This document shows positions 36,459 to 45,135 of a stretch of DNA of 64,000 nucleotides, one piece after another (the stretch's first letter is position 1; each line of letters opens with the position of its first letter). The notes beneath the pieces are model-generated. The model did no database searches. It saw only the letters and a program-made list of their open reading frames with translations, and was not told the origin of the DNA. The DNA lies in NCBI GenBank assembly GCA_038211855.1, contig JBBQVE010000002.1, forward strand, positions 6,332 through 70,331. The letters are read 5' to 3'. A program made the translations under genes and the position numbers. Source of the stretch: Candidatus Saccharimonadales bacterium (GTDB taxonomy: Bacteria; Patescibacteriota; Saccharimonadia; Saccharimonadales; SZUA-47).

Positions 36459-37382
36459 TCAGACTTCCTCAATCTTTCTCATTCGTTTTGCACCAAGTAC
36501 GAGCAGGCCGAAACCGACGGCATACAGGGCGATGAGCATGTAGACGACCACGAGCAATGGAGTCAGATGGAGGTGGTAGAATCGCGACGAGAGCATAGTC
36601 ATCGACTGTACAAGGATATTAACGAGAATGACAACAAGGATACCCGCCGACAAGTAGCGGAGTGACTTGCGGTACAGCCTCCCTTTTACATTGTGCTGGT
36701 ATGAACTGGTGTAGTAGGCCGCCAAAACGCCCCGAAACCAGGTATAAAGATACGGTGTTGCGATACTGATAATAATCAGCCAGTTTGGGAGGTGGTAGAC
36801 ATTCATTGGATCGCCTCCATCGGCAGGACGAGCAATAATCAGCCAACTGAAGATACTGCTGAGGAGGATGATACCGAGGGCCCATATGCCCGGACTATAG
36901 CCACGGATTTTATTACGCTTCACAAGCAAAGTCAGCTTTTCGGCACCGCGACTGATAGTGACGAAGGCGCACAGAGGCAGAATAAGTAAGAGATAGTTTT
37001 TTGAGATTGTCAGCGGAATAAAAAATGAGGGATGCTGAACAGTCAAAAGATTAACGAGCGACGCTATGACCGAATTTAACGGCAGGCTGAAGGCCAGGAA
37101 GCCGAGGCCACGAGCGATTTGATCGAAAGCCTGGCCTTCGGCAGTTTTCCGAATAACCCGCGCATAATCTCTAAACACGCTGAACCCGTAGTAGGCGCTA
37201 TACCAGACAAGTGCGAGGGGTATGATGGTACTGAGACTGAGAAAATAGCTCTTTGACTGCGTCAAGTGGTATTTGAGATATGTTGTGCTATCGGCCGGTC
37301 CTAGTAAGACGATAAGTGCATAGATAAGTGTCAGGCAAATGAACAAAATAAACAGTGTACGCTTCTTCACACGCTCTCCCAC
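36459..37382 (-). CDS. polytopic membrane protein of unknown function (about 8 TM)
   Basis: 307 aa with hydrophobic segments throughout. First gene of the run leading into the PAS kinase. Confidence 0.7.
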   Translation of the reverse strand: MGERVKKRTLFILFICLTLIYALIVLLGPADSTTYLKYHLTQSKSYFLSLSTIIPLALVWYSAYYGFSVFRDYARVIRKTAEGQAFDQIARGLGFLAFSLPLNSVIASLVNLLTVQHPSFFIPLTISKNYLLLILPLCAFVTISRGAEKLTLLVKRNKIRGYSPGIWALGIILLSSIFSWLIIARPADGGDPMNVYHLPNWLIIISIATPYLYTWFRGVLAAYYTSSYQHNVKGRLYRKSLRYLSAGILVVILVNILVQSMTMLSSRFYHLHLTPLLVVVYMLIALYAVGFGLLVLGAKRMRKIEEV

Positions 37383-37529
37383 GATTAATAGGTCCTACTG
37401 TAAACACATCTGAACATATATTCGTCTTATAGTACATCTCTTCTGTGCATAAATGTCTGTGAGTTTGCTTACAGCGCGGTTCTTATCAAAAAATTTACAA
37501 TGGTAGTGCTAATACAAGGAGTGGTCACA

Positions 37530-37649
37530 ATGGCAGATATGAAAGACAAAATGAAAAATAAGATGAATGAGGCCGACAACAAGGCACATGAACTAAAGGG
37601 AAGAATCGAGCAAAAGCGGAAGGATATGTCGAAAGACAAATCTATTTAG
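37530..37649 (+). CDS. candidate 39-aa Lys/Met/Asp-rich small protein ([39 protein letters not shown])
   Basis: AAGGAG lies 8 nt upstream of the ATG. Below the ORF-track cutoff. Its composition is reminiscent of small general-stress proteins. Confidence 0.4.
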   Translation: MADMKDKMKNKMNEADNKAHELKGRIEQKRKDMSKDKSI

Positions 37650-37719
37650 CTCATTTGGGATGAGTGTTTTTGGAGGAGGGCCTGCGAGGGTCCTCTTCTT
37701 TTTATTGGGGGTATATACT

Positions 37720-37924
37720 AGATGCAATGACGAAAAAAGTGGTGGCCAACGCCAGCGCATCGTGATTGCTCGGATCATGCTCAAAAACGCCCCGATATTA
37801 CTACTCGATGAGGCAACTAGCGCACTTGATAGTGAAAGTAAAAAGTCATTCAAGAAGCATTGGCTGTGCAGATGAAAAAACGTACAGCTTGGGCACGCCA
37901 GTCCGGCGGCTTTATGGAGACTTG
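37720..37924 (+). pseudogene. relic of an ABC-exporter nucleotide-binding domain (signature through D-loop only, then frameshifted and truncated)
   Basis: The frame of 37660-37875 reads [37 protein letters not shown] (ABC signature, Walker B, D-loop). The next frame continues [12 protein letters not shown], as expected after the D-loop. There is no Walker A and no TM domain. Confidence 0.55.
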
Positions 37925-37934
37925 AAAAGCCGCT

Positions 37935-39098
37935 CTACAAGCCCTTAGTCGTGGCGAATAAGTGTTCTTCGGTTTCGTGGCGGCGGATGAGCTGATGCTG
38001 CCCGTTCGGACGCACGATGACTTCACCAGCGCGCAGTCTGAAATTGTAGTTGTGAGAATTAGCACGTGAGTGTGCACCAGCGTCGTGAATTACCATAAGA
38101 TCACCGGGTTGAATGCTCGCAGGCAATGAACGGTCTTTAAACATTTTGTCAGTATTGGCACACATCGAGCCGACGACATGCATGGGCCGAGTTAAATCAC
38201 CATCACGACCAAGAATATTGATGTGATGATAAGCCGCTGTGACGGTTGCGAGCCGAGCCATATTGTTGATAGAAGTATCGATTTGCAAATATGGTGCGTG
38301 AGATTCAATGATTCCGTGGGTCACACGTGTAAGTAAGTAGCCATTTGGGCCGGTAATAAATCGTCCATTCTCTGTCAGTATTGGTACACCTAGATGACCA
38401 AGCTCCGATTCAATGGCTTGTCCGACGGCAGCAACATCAACCGGATCTTCCTCTGGTGAATAGTTGATGCCGAGTCCACCACCAACATTAATAAAGCTGA
38501 TTTCTAGGCCGAATAATGTTGAAGCTTTATCGGCAAGTTCGCGCATCATTTTAGCCGTTTCAGCAAAAGAATCAGGCTCTTTTTCATTGCTGACCACCAT
38601 CGTATGAAGACCAAGCCGTTCGACACCGCCACGCCTCATTGCCTGTAAGGCATCCAAGACGTGCTCTTCAGTGTCACCGAACTTAGATTGCTGAGGATCA
38701 CCGATGATATCGTTGCCTTGTTTGATAGCACCTGGGTTATAACGGATGGCCATACTGGTTGGCAAGCCACCGAGAGCCTGTGCTACCTGTTCAACGTAGG
38801 GAAGTTTATCAACATTAATAATCGCCCCTAACCCACTTGCCAACTGGTAATCCCGGTCGGGTGTATTATTTGAGCTATAAAAAATTCCGTGACCACCGAC
38901 CTCAGTTTGATCTACCATCATAAGTTCACCACGAGAACTGCAGTCAAAACCCATGCCTGTGTCATATATAATGCGTAGAATTTCTGGCGTAGGAGTAGCC
39001 TTGACTGCAAAATGATTGACGTATTGAGGACTCCAGCGAAAGGCTTCATGTAAGGCTTTGGCGTTGGTTTCTATACCAAGCTGGTCATAGACAAACAC
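37935..39098 (-). CDS. PLP-dependent Orn/DAP/Arg-family decarboxylase (diaminopimelate decarboxylase-like); the conserved N-terminus is interrupted upstream by an in-frame TAA
   Basis: INVGGGLGINY, ENGRFITGP, VVGSMCANTDK, HDAGAHSRANSHNYNFR. The intact ORF starts at GTG 39098; the upstream interruption is described in the findings. Confidence 0.8.
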   Translation of the reverse strand: MFVYDQLGIETNAKALHEAFRWSPQYVNHFAVKATPTPEILRIIYDTGMGFDCSSRGELMMVDQTEVGGHGIFYSSNNTPDRDYQLASGLGAIINVDKLPYVEQVAQALGGLPTSMAIRYNPGAIKQGNDIIGDPQQSKFGDTEEHVLDALQAMRRGGVERLGLHTMVVSNEKEPDSFAETAKMMRELADKASTLFGLEISFINVGGGLGINYSPEEDPVDVAAVGQAIESELGHLGVPILTENGRFITGPNGYLLTRVTHGIIESHAPYLQIDTSINNMARLATVTAAYHHINILGRDGDLTRPMHVVGSMCANTDKMFKDRSLPASIQPGDLMVIHDAGAHSRANSHNYNFRLRAGEVIVRPNGQHQLIRRHETEEHLFATTKGL

Positions 39099-39180
39099 AG
39101 GCGTGCCATGAACCTCGGCTATTTCTTGTAGTTACTCTGGTGCGAAGGGAAGTACCTTATCGACTGACATGAACTTAATA

Positions 39181-39211
39181 GTAACATAAAAAACATAATT
39201 TACAAATTATG
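39181..39211 (-). terminator. weak AT-rich hairpin plus T-tract after msrA
   Basis: The minus strand reads CATAATTTGTAAATTATG followed by TTTTTTA, 5 nt after the msrA stop. The stem is almost all A/T, so stability is low. Confidence 0.25.
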
Positions 39212-39215
39212 AACT

Positions 39216-39734
39216 CTAGTCTTTTATGCGTTCGGCGAATTTTTTGCGTAGTTTTTCGAGCTTGGGATTGATGATGATCTGGCAAAAGTCCGGACGATTA
39301 ATCTCATAATTATTATGATAGTCTGAGGCAGCATAGAAGCTCTTAAATGGGGAGATTTCTGTAACGATTTTATTATTCCAGATAGGCTGATATTTTTGTA
39401 ATTCGGCTTCAATTATCTGTTTCTGAGCTTCATCCGCGTAAAAAATAACAGAGCGATATTGTGTTCCGACATCGACGCCTTGTCTGTTAAGGGTAGTTGG
39501 ATCATGAAGCGTCCAAAAAATTTCCAAAATTTCCACTAACGCAATAATTTCTGGATTATATGTAAGTCTCACGACTTCGGCGTGACCAGTATTTTCTGAA
39601 TAGATCTGTTCATCGGTAGGATTCGGTATGTCACCACCGCTATATCCTTGTTCTACAGAGCTTATGCCCTTAACAAGCTTATAGGCAGCATCAAAGCACC
39701 AGAAGCAGCCACCGCCCAAAACAATTGATTCCAT
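39216..39734 (-). CDS. msrA: peptide-methionine (S)-S-oxide reductase
   Basis: GGGCFWC active site, HAEVVRLTYNP, and 172 aa. Confidence 0.92.
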   Translation of the reverse strand: MESIVLGGGCFWCFDAAYKLVKGISSVEQGYSGGDIPNPTDEQIYSENTGHAEVVRLTYNPEIIALVEILEIFWTLHDPTTLNRQGVDVGTQYRSVIFYADEAQKQIIEAELQKYQPIWNNKIVTEISPFKSFYAASDYHNNYEINRPDFCQIIINPKLEKLRKKFAERIKD

Positions 39735-39937
39735 GAAACTAGTATACGCTGGCTAACGAGTCATTCGTGCGCGCAAAACTGCTTTTACAGCATCAATGTC
39801 TTTTTCGACCGTTATAAAACCGCCACTCGAACGCTTCTCAAGTCCTTCACCGGGATCTCGTGTACTAACATAGTCACTCATATAGTCCAGATTAGATCAT
39901 CGATTAACGGATAGCAAGCATGAGCAGCGTGAGTCAT

Positions 39938-40816
39938 TTACACCAGATAATGCGTGATAGAAATCATGAGGCTAAATATAAGCAGTGCAAGCAATGAAAA
40001 ACCAAATATCTGTTTGCCCCATTTATCATTATTTTTTGTCGAGAAGCCTTTAATAGCCAGCCGTAGCCATAGCGCACAGACCGTCAGCATGACACCCAGG
40101 TATATATAGCCTGCGTAGTGAAATGCGGTGAGTGAACAGGCTGCGAGTGCAAAAAGGACTGTATAAAACAGTATGTGTCGTTTTGTGGCGGCGATACCTC
40201 GTTTGGCTGGCAATATGGGCAAACCAGCTTCCGTATAGTCTTTAAGTCGGTAGATGCCGATAGCGTAAAAATGTGGCATTTGCCAAGCGGCCATAATCAA
40301 AAATAGGAGGAGGGCCAATACATCAAAGCGGCCAGTCACGGCGCAGTAGCCGGCCACCAGCGAGGTGGCGCCAGATATACTACCAACGAGCGTACCGTGC
40401 ACGGAGGTGCGCTTAAAATAGCCGTAGAGCACTACATAAGAAAAGATACCGACTGCGCCTATTATGACCGTCAGGGCGTTCGTGTAAGCGGCCAACAGCC
40501 AGAATCCTAGTACACCAAGTACGCAGGCGTATGTAATCGCGGCGGCTATAGAAATCTCACCCGTGACAAGCGCGCGATTTTTGGTGCGGTCCATCTTTCT
40601 ATCAATCCCGCGATCCAAATAATTATTGAACACACAGGCGCTGGCAATAATCAGCGCGGTCCCCGTAAGCGTGGCTAGCAACTTCCAGAAATCCACATGG
40701 CCTTTACTCGCCAGCAAAAAGCCGGCCGCCGCCGTCATGAGATTACCACGGATAATACCGGGCTTTGTCAGCTGGTAGTAATGCCGAAAGGTGTCGATTG
40801 TCTGATTTCCTTTCAC
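39938..40816 (-). CDS. cyoE: protoheme IX farnesyltransferase (heme O synthase)
   Basis: UbiA-fold protein, NNYLDRGIDRKMDRTKNRALV, nine TM segments. Last gene of the cyo operon (ATGA overlap). Confidence 0.9.
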   Translation of the reverse strand: MKGNQTIDTFRHYYQLTKPGIIRGNLMTAAAGFLLASKGHVDFWKLLATLTGTALIIASACVFNNYLDRGIDRKMDRTKNRALVTGEISIAAAITYACVLGVLGFWLLAAYTNALTVIIGAVGIFSYVVLYGYFKRTSVHGTLVGSISGATSLVAGYCAVTGRFDVLALLLFLIMAAWQMPHFYAIGIYRLKDYTEAGLPILPAKRGIAATKRHILFYTVLFALAACSLTAFHYAGYIYLGVMLTVCALWLRLAIKGFSTKNNDKWGKQIFGFSLLALLIFSLMISITHYLV

Positions 40817-41475
40817 GGTGTAACGGTAAATGTACCTGCCACACTGTCATCAAGGTGATCGTGAAACGTATAAGTTCCTGCCTGGTTGAGTGTTAAAGTT
40901 TTTGGGTATTTCTTTTGAACGGATAACTCTTCGACGCCACCATATATTTCGTGGTGAGGATGTGGCCCAAACGCAACATCGCGTACTACCGTATCTTCGT
41001 TCACAAACGTGAGTGTATCGCATAATTTCGCCTGTGTACTCTGGGGGCTCACTTTGCCATCCTTGAAAGTAACGATGTGACTCGCTTTAATCTCTTGGCA
41101 GGCACCAGTCTGAACGCCGTTGACCTGTGAGATGCCCTCATCCTGCGAGAGCTTTTTGGTGACTTGTGCCGCTGTTGGTGACATAGCGTAACGTAAGTTA
41201 TTCATAATAAATATTGAGCCTAAGACGACCACCAGAATGGTACCAACTGTAAAAACAAAGAAAGTGATGTTGTAGAGCGGCTTTGGCCCCCGGCCAAGGT
41301 GCAAGAAGAAGAATATTTGAACCGCCATCTGCAGCACCGCAAATCCCAGAATCGTTGCCAGCAGTGTAGTACCGGTGACGGACTTATTCACCACGAGATA
41401 ATACGGAATAGCCGTGAATACTAAAGATAAAAAGAATCCAAATATGTAGGATTTTAATGACCCGTGTTCGCTCAT
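40813..41475 (-). CDS. cyoD: cytochrome bo-type quinol oxidase subunit IV fused to a C-terminal extracytoplasmic cupredoxin-like domain of about 125 aa
   Basis: Residues 1-91 carry three TM helices with the CyoD pattern (SYIFGFFLSLVFTAIPYYLV, LQMAVQIFFFLHLG). Residues 92-220 are soluble and beta-rich (HIVTFKDGKVSP...LTFVNEDTVVRDVAFGPHPHH...GTYTFHDHLDDSVAGTFTVTP). Confidence 0.8.
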   Translation of the reverse strand: MSEHGSLKSYIFGFFLSLVFTAIPYYLVVNKSVTGTTLLATILGFAVLQMAVQIFFFLHLGRGPKPLYNITFFVFTVGTILVVVLGSIFIMNNLRYAMSPTAAQVTKKLSQDEGISQVNGVQTGACQEIKASHIVTFKDGKVSPQSTQAKLCDTLTFVNEDTVVRDVAFGPHPHHEIYGGVEELSVQKKYPKTLTLNQAGTYTFHDHLDDSVAGTFTVTP

Positions 41476-42062
41476 ACGAAGGCCCTCAAGTACACAAAGG
41501 TAAAGATAAATATCCAGACAATATCCAAAAAGTGCCAGAACAGGCTGAGCAAAGTCAATTTGCGCACCATATGAGTGCTAAGACCGCGCTTTTTGACAAA
41601 TATCAAGGTTATTGCCATCCATAGTAAGCCCGAGATGATGTGTAGCCCGTGCGTCCCAACCAGAGCGAAGAATGACGAAAAGAAGGCATTGCTGCTGATG
41701 GTGTGTCCGGCACGGATAAACTCAGTAAATTCCTTTAGTTCCAGTCCCAAGAAGGATATGCCCAAGAGAAATGTCAGGCCAAACCAAGAAAAAACTTGCT
41801 TCTTGTTGCCAGCACGAGCAGCAATCATAGCGACGCCACATGTAAAGCTGCTCGTCAGTAGAATGAGCGTTTCGGCCAGGGCGAGGTGAAGGCTAAAGAG
41901 ATCGCGGCCCGTCGGACCACCGAGCGTATTGTCGTGTAGCACTGCATAGACCGCAAAGAGCACGGCGAACATCAGAAGGTCGGTCATTAAGTAGACCCAA
42001 AAACCGAATAGCACCCGCTCGGTTGCAGCTTCTTCGTGCGCAGCTTCCGTCACTGCTACCAT
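41472..42062 (-). CDS. cyoC: cytochrome bo-type quinol oxidase subunit III
   Basis: Five TM helices, FGFWVYLMTDLLMF, LHIISGLLWM. The start is taken at MVAVTE, overlapping the cyoB stop by 7 nt. Confidence 0.88.
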   Translation of the reverse strand: MVAVTEAAHEEAATERVLFGFWVYLMTDLLMFAVLFAVYAVLHDNTLGGPTGRDLFSLHLALAETLILLTSSFTCGVAMIAARAGNKKQVFSWFGLTFLLGISFLGLELKEFTEFIRAGHTISSNAFFSSFFALVGTHGLHIISGLLWMAITLIFVKKRGLSTHMVRKLTLLSLFWHFLDIVWIFIFTFVYLRAFV

Positions 42063-44146
42063 GTGCGCCACCGTTTGTTCCTCGCAATGTCGAGGGCCCA
42101 TGCCACTACAATCTTAATAAATTCCCATAAGCCCATGTCTTCATCGGAGTCTGCTCCCTTCGCTCCGTGCAAAGCATGCATTTTCTTGCTGCTTGCAACG
42201 GCAAGTTTTTCTACCTCAGCAGCCGGTATGGTATATTCGGTATTTTCATCAAACGTACGCATAATCGTGAATATAATAATCCCAAGAAATCCTACAACAG
42301 CTAGCCAGTTTACGTGCCACACAAACCCAAAGCCGACCAAAAAAGCGAAGCCTGAAATGTAGATGCCTGATGCCGTGCTCTTGGGCATATGGATGTCTTC
42401 ATAGATGACTTTTGGTATGCCTTTTTGCTTCATGTCGAGGAACGCATCACGACTGGTCACTTCCGGAATGACGGCAAAGTTATAAGACGGCGCAGGTGAG
42501 GGGACGGACCATTCCAAGGTTCGTCCATCCCAGGGGTCGCCAGTGGTATCGATCAGTCGTCTTTTTTGCATGAAACTGGCGATGATTTGGATGATTTGGA
42601 GCGCTAGTCCGGAGGCAATGACGAGCCCACCAATAAACGCCATGATGAAAAAGGGCTGGTAATGGGTGGAAGCATCATAGTGGTCGAGCCTTCTGGTGGC
42701 ACCCATCAGTCCAAGCACATAGAGCGGCGTAAAGGCCATCAGAAAGCCAATGAACCAGCACCAGAACGCATACTTTCCGATACGCTCGTTCAGTCGGAAT
42801 CCAGCAATTTTCGGGAACCAATACGATATGCCCGCAAAGATCCCAAACAACACACCGCCAACAACCATCGTGTGAAAGTGCGCCACCAAAAACAGACTGT
42901 TGTGCAACTGAAAATCAACTGGTGGGACGGCCAACATCACACCCGCCATACCGCCAACTGCAAACAAACCCACGAAGCCCATGAACCACAACATTGGCGT
43001 CGAGAACTTTATTTTGCCTCTGTACATGGTGGCAATCCAGGTAAAGAATAAGACCGACGTTGGAATGGCGATAATTATGGTCATGAGCCCAAAAAAGGCA
43101 CTGACATCAGCACTGGAACCCATTGTAAAGAAGTGGTGGAGCCAGACCGACAGCGCGAAGGCTGAGACGCCGATCATACCGACAACGTTGGACATATAAC
43201 TGGCCGAGGCCTTTCGACTGAAGGTAGATACGATTTCTGAAAACACGCCAAACGATGGCAACATTAAGATATACACTTCAGGGTGTCCCCACATCCAAAT
43301 GAGGTTGGTGTACATCATGGCGTTGCCACCAAGATTCGTCGTGAAGAAATGCGCGCCAAAATAGCGGTCCAAGAACATCAGCAGCAACGCCATCGTGAGT
43401 AATGGAAAAACAGTGACCGCCATGATCATGCTACACAGTGATCCCCAGGTAAAGAGTGGCATTTTGCGGAGTGTCATGCCGGGCGCGCGCATTCGGAGGA
43501 TTGTCATAATAAAGTTAATCGCACCAAGCGTTGTGCCAACACCAGAAATCAGCAGGCTCCACAGCCAATAATCCACCCCCGTTCCTGGGCTGAATTGTAT
43601 TCCTGACAGTGGAGCAACCGCCAACCAGCCAGTCGCGGCGTATTGCCCACCGAGTACAAAGAACATGTTCACCATGACAACACCAGCGATAAATAACCAG
43701 AACCCTAGCGTATTCAAAAATGGCGATGCCAGGTCGCGCGCACCAATCTGCAAAGGAACAATGTAGTTTATCAGTCCGAATATCAAGGCCATCGCCACAA
43801 AGAACACCATGATGTTGCCGTGGGCCGTAAAGATCTGTTGGTAGTGGTCCGCCGAGAGGATGCCGTGAGAAGATCCCGACGATAAAGCTTGATGGAGCCA
43901 CATAATGAGCACATCGAGGCCGCCGCGCAGGAGCATGAAGCCACCAACCAGGAAGTACATAATGCCAATCTTTTTTGGATCAACAGAGGTTAGCCATTCA
44001 TTCCACAGCCATTTCCAGCGTTTCATACGGGTGATGACAATCACCGCAAACAGTATCATAGCTCCAAAGCCGAGGGTTCCCGCAATGGTCACCCACTCAT
44101 GCGGTAAGGCGTTGGCGTCGAGCCGACCTAAAAGAAATTCTCTCAT
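42056..44146 (-). CDS. cyoB: cytochrome bo-type quinol oxidase subunit I (heme-copper oxidase)
   Basis: 696 aa. WMWGHPEVYILMLP (CuB His), WLHHFFTMG, LVAHFHTMVVGG (heme ligands). Confidence 0.95.
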   Translation of the reverse strand: MREFLLGRLDANALPHEWVTIAGTLGFGAMILFAVIVITRMKRWKWLWNEWLTSVDPKKIGIMYFLVGGFMLLRGGLDVLIMWLHQALSSGSSHGILSADHYQQIFTAHGNIMVFFVAMALIFGLINYIVPLQIGARDLASPFLNTLGFWLFIAGVVMVNMFFVLGGQYAATGWLAVAPLSGIQFSPGTGVDYWLWSLLISGVGTTLGAINFIMTILRMRAPGMTLRKMPLFTWGSLCSMIMAVTVFPLLTMALLLMFLDRYFGAHFFTTNLGGNAMMYTNLIWMWGHPEVYILMLPSFGVFSEIVSTFSRKASASYMSNVVGMIGVSAFALSVWLHHFFTMGSSADVSAFFGLMTIIIAIPTSVLFFTWIATMYRGKIKFSTPMLWFMGFVGLFAVGGMAGVMLAVPPVDFQLHNSLFLVAHFHTMVVGGVLFGIFAGISYWFPKIAGFRLNERIGKYAFWCWFIGFLMAFTPLYVLGLMGATRRLDHYDASTHYQPFFIMAFIGGLVIASGLALQIIQIIASFMQKRRLIDTTGDPWDGRTLEWSVPSPAPSYNFAVIPEVTSRDAFLDMKQKGIPKVIYEDIHMPKSTASGIYISGFAFLVGFGFVWHVNWLAVVGFLGIIIFTIMRTFDENTEYTIPAAEVEKLAVASSKKMHALHGAKGADSDEDMGLWEFIKIVVAWALDIARNKRWRTW

Positions 44147-45048
44147 TCATGCTCCGTATGCAGGCCGTGCGACCCGCTGTATTTAACGACCGTATTCGCG
44201 TACAGGTTTGATTCAGCAGTGGCGAACACTGCTGCAGGATTGCTCTCACTGGGGGTAAGCAGCTTTTCATAGGCTGCTGCATCGAGCGTTGCGGAAGACT
44301 GTTTTACGCTCTGCACCCACTGGTCAAAATCCTGCCCTGAACTGGCACGAGTCGTGAACTGCATGCCGGCAAAACCAGCACCATTAATTTCGGTAGATCG
44401 GCCTGTGTAGTCGCCGAGCGAGTCAGCTTCAAGATTCAGTCGGTTAACGTGTCCGGTCATCGCGTACAATTGACCACCTAAATGGGGAATCCAGAATGAA
44501 CTCATCGGGGTTTCATCAGCCGTGAGGTCAAATTGCAGTGGCGTACCGACCGGGACTTGGATAAAGTTAACCGTCGCAATGTTTTGTTCAGGATAGATAA
44601 AAAGCCACTTCCAGCGCAGCGCAATCACTTGGATTGTTAATGGCTTTACAGCGCTCGCAATCGCCTTCTGCGGAGCAAGCTGATGCGCGGCGGGCCACAT
44701 AATTGAGACCAGTAGTAGCATCGTAATTGAGGGAAGCGCCCAGATCGTGAATACGAGCGATTTGTCATGATGGGGCTGAGGGTCATGGACCGCTTTTTGA
44801 TTCGACTCACGGTATTTCCAGGCAAAAAAGAAAAACAAAAACAGGGCTGGCACTGCAATTTCTAATAATATAAGGACTGTACGCAGCATAAGGCGGTATT
44901 CTTCAGTCGCTATCAAACCCTTCGGATGCAGCAGCGCCACATCAGTACCTCGCAACAGTATAGTGATAAGCAATCCTAGCCCAGCGAGTATAACAAAAGG
45001 GAGCCATACTGGATTGCTTGAAGTAAGTTTGCTTTTGCTTTTTGACAT
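44143..45048 (-). CDS. cyoA: quinol oxidase subunit II (lacks CuA ligands)
   Basis: Two TM segments plus a cupredoxin domain. SSFWIPHLGGQLYAMTGHVNRLNL...STEINGAGFAGMQF parallels E. coli CyoA and has no CxxxC-H-M CuA site. Confidence 0.9.
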   Translation of the reverse strand: MSKSKSKLTSSNPVWLPFVILAGLGLLITILLRGTDVALLHPKGLIATEEYRLMLRTVLILLEIAVPALFLFFFFAWKYRESNQKAVHDPQPHHDKSLVFTIWALPSITMLLLVSIMWPAAHQLAPQKAIASAVKPLTIQVIALRWKWLFIYPEQNIATVNFIQVPVGTPLQFDLTADETPMSSFWIPHLGGQLYAMTGHVNRLNLEADSLGDYTGRSTEINGAGFAGMQFTTRASSGQDFDQWVQSVKQSSATLDAAAYEKLLTPSESNPAAVFATAESNLYANTVVKYSGSHGLHTEHE

Positions 45049-45135
45049 TCCTACAATTTCACCACTGTTTAAAATTAAACATAACTACGTTCACTATAGC
45101 ATGATGGCCGCTGGCTTAGTAGGAGACAATTTGGG

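Noticed and set aside
39753-39881. 42-aa ORF (MSDYVSTRDPGEGLEKRSSGGFITVEKDIDAVKAVLRARMTR) between cyoE and msrA
   Set aside because: It has no Shine-Dalgarno sequence and no correctly spaced -10 hexamer, and I know of no homologue. It is left uncalled, although it fills a gap of about 200 bp.
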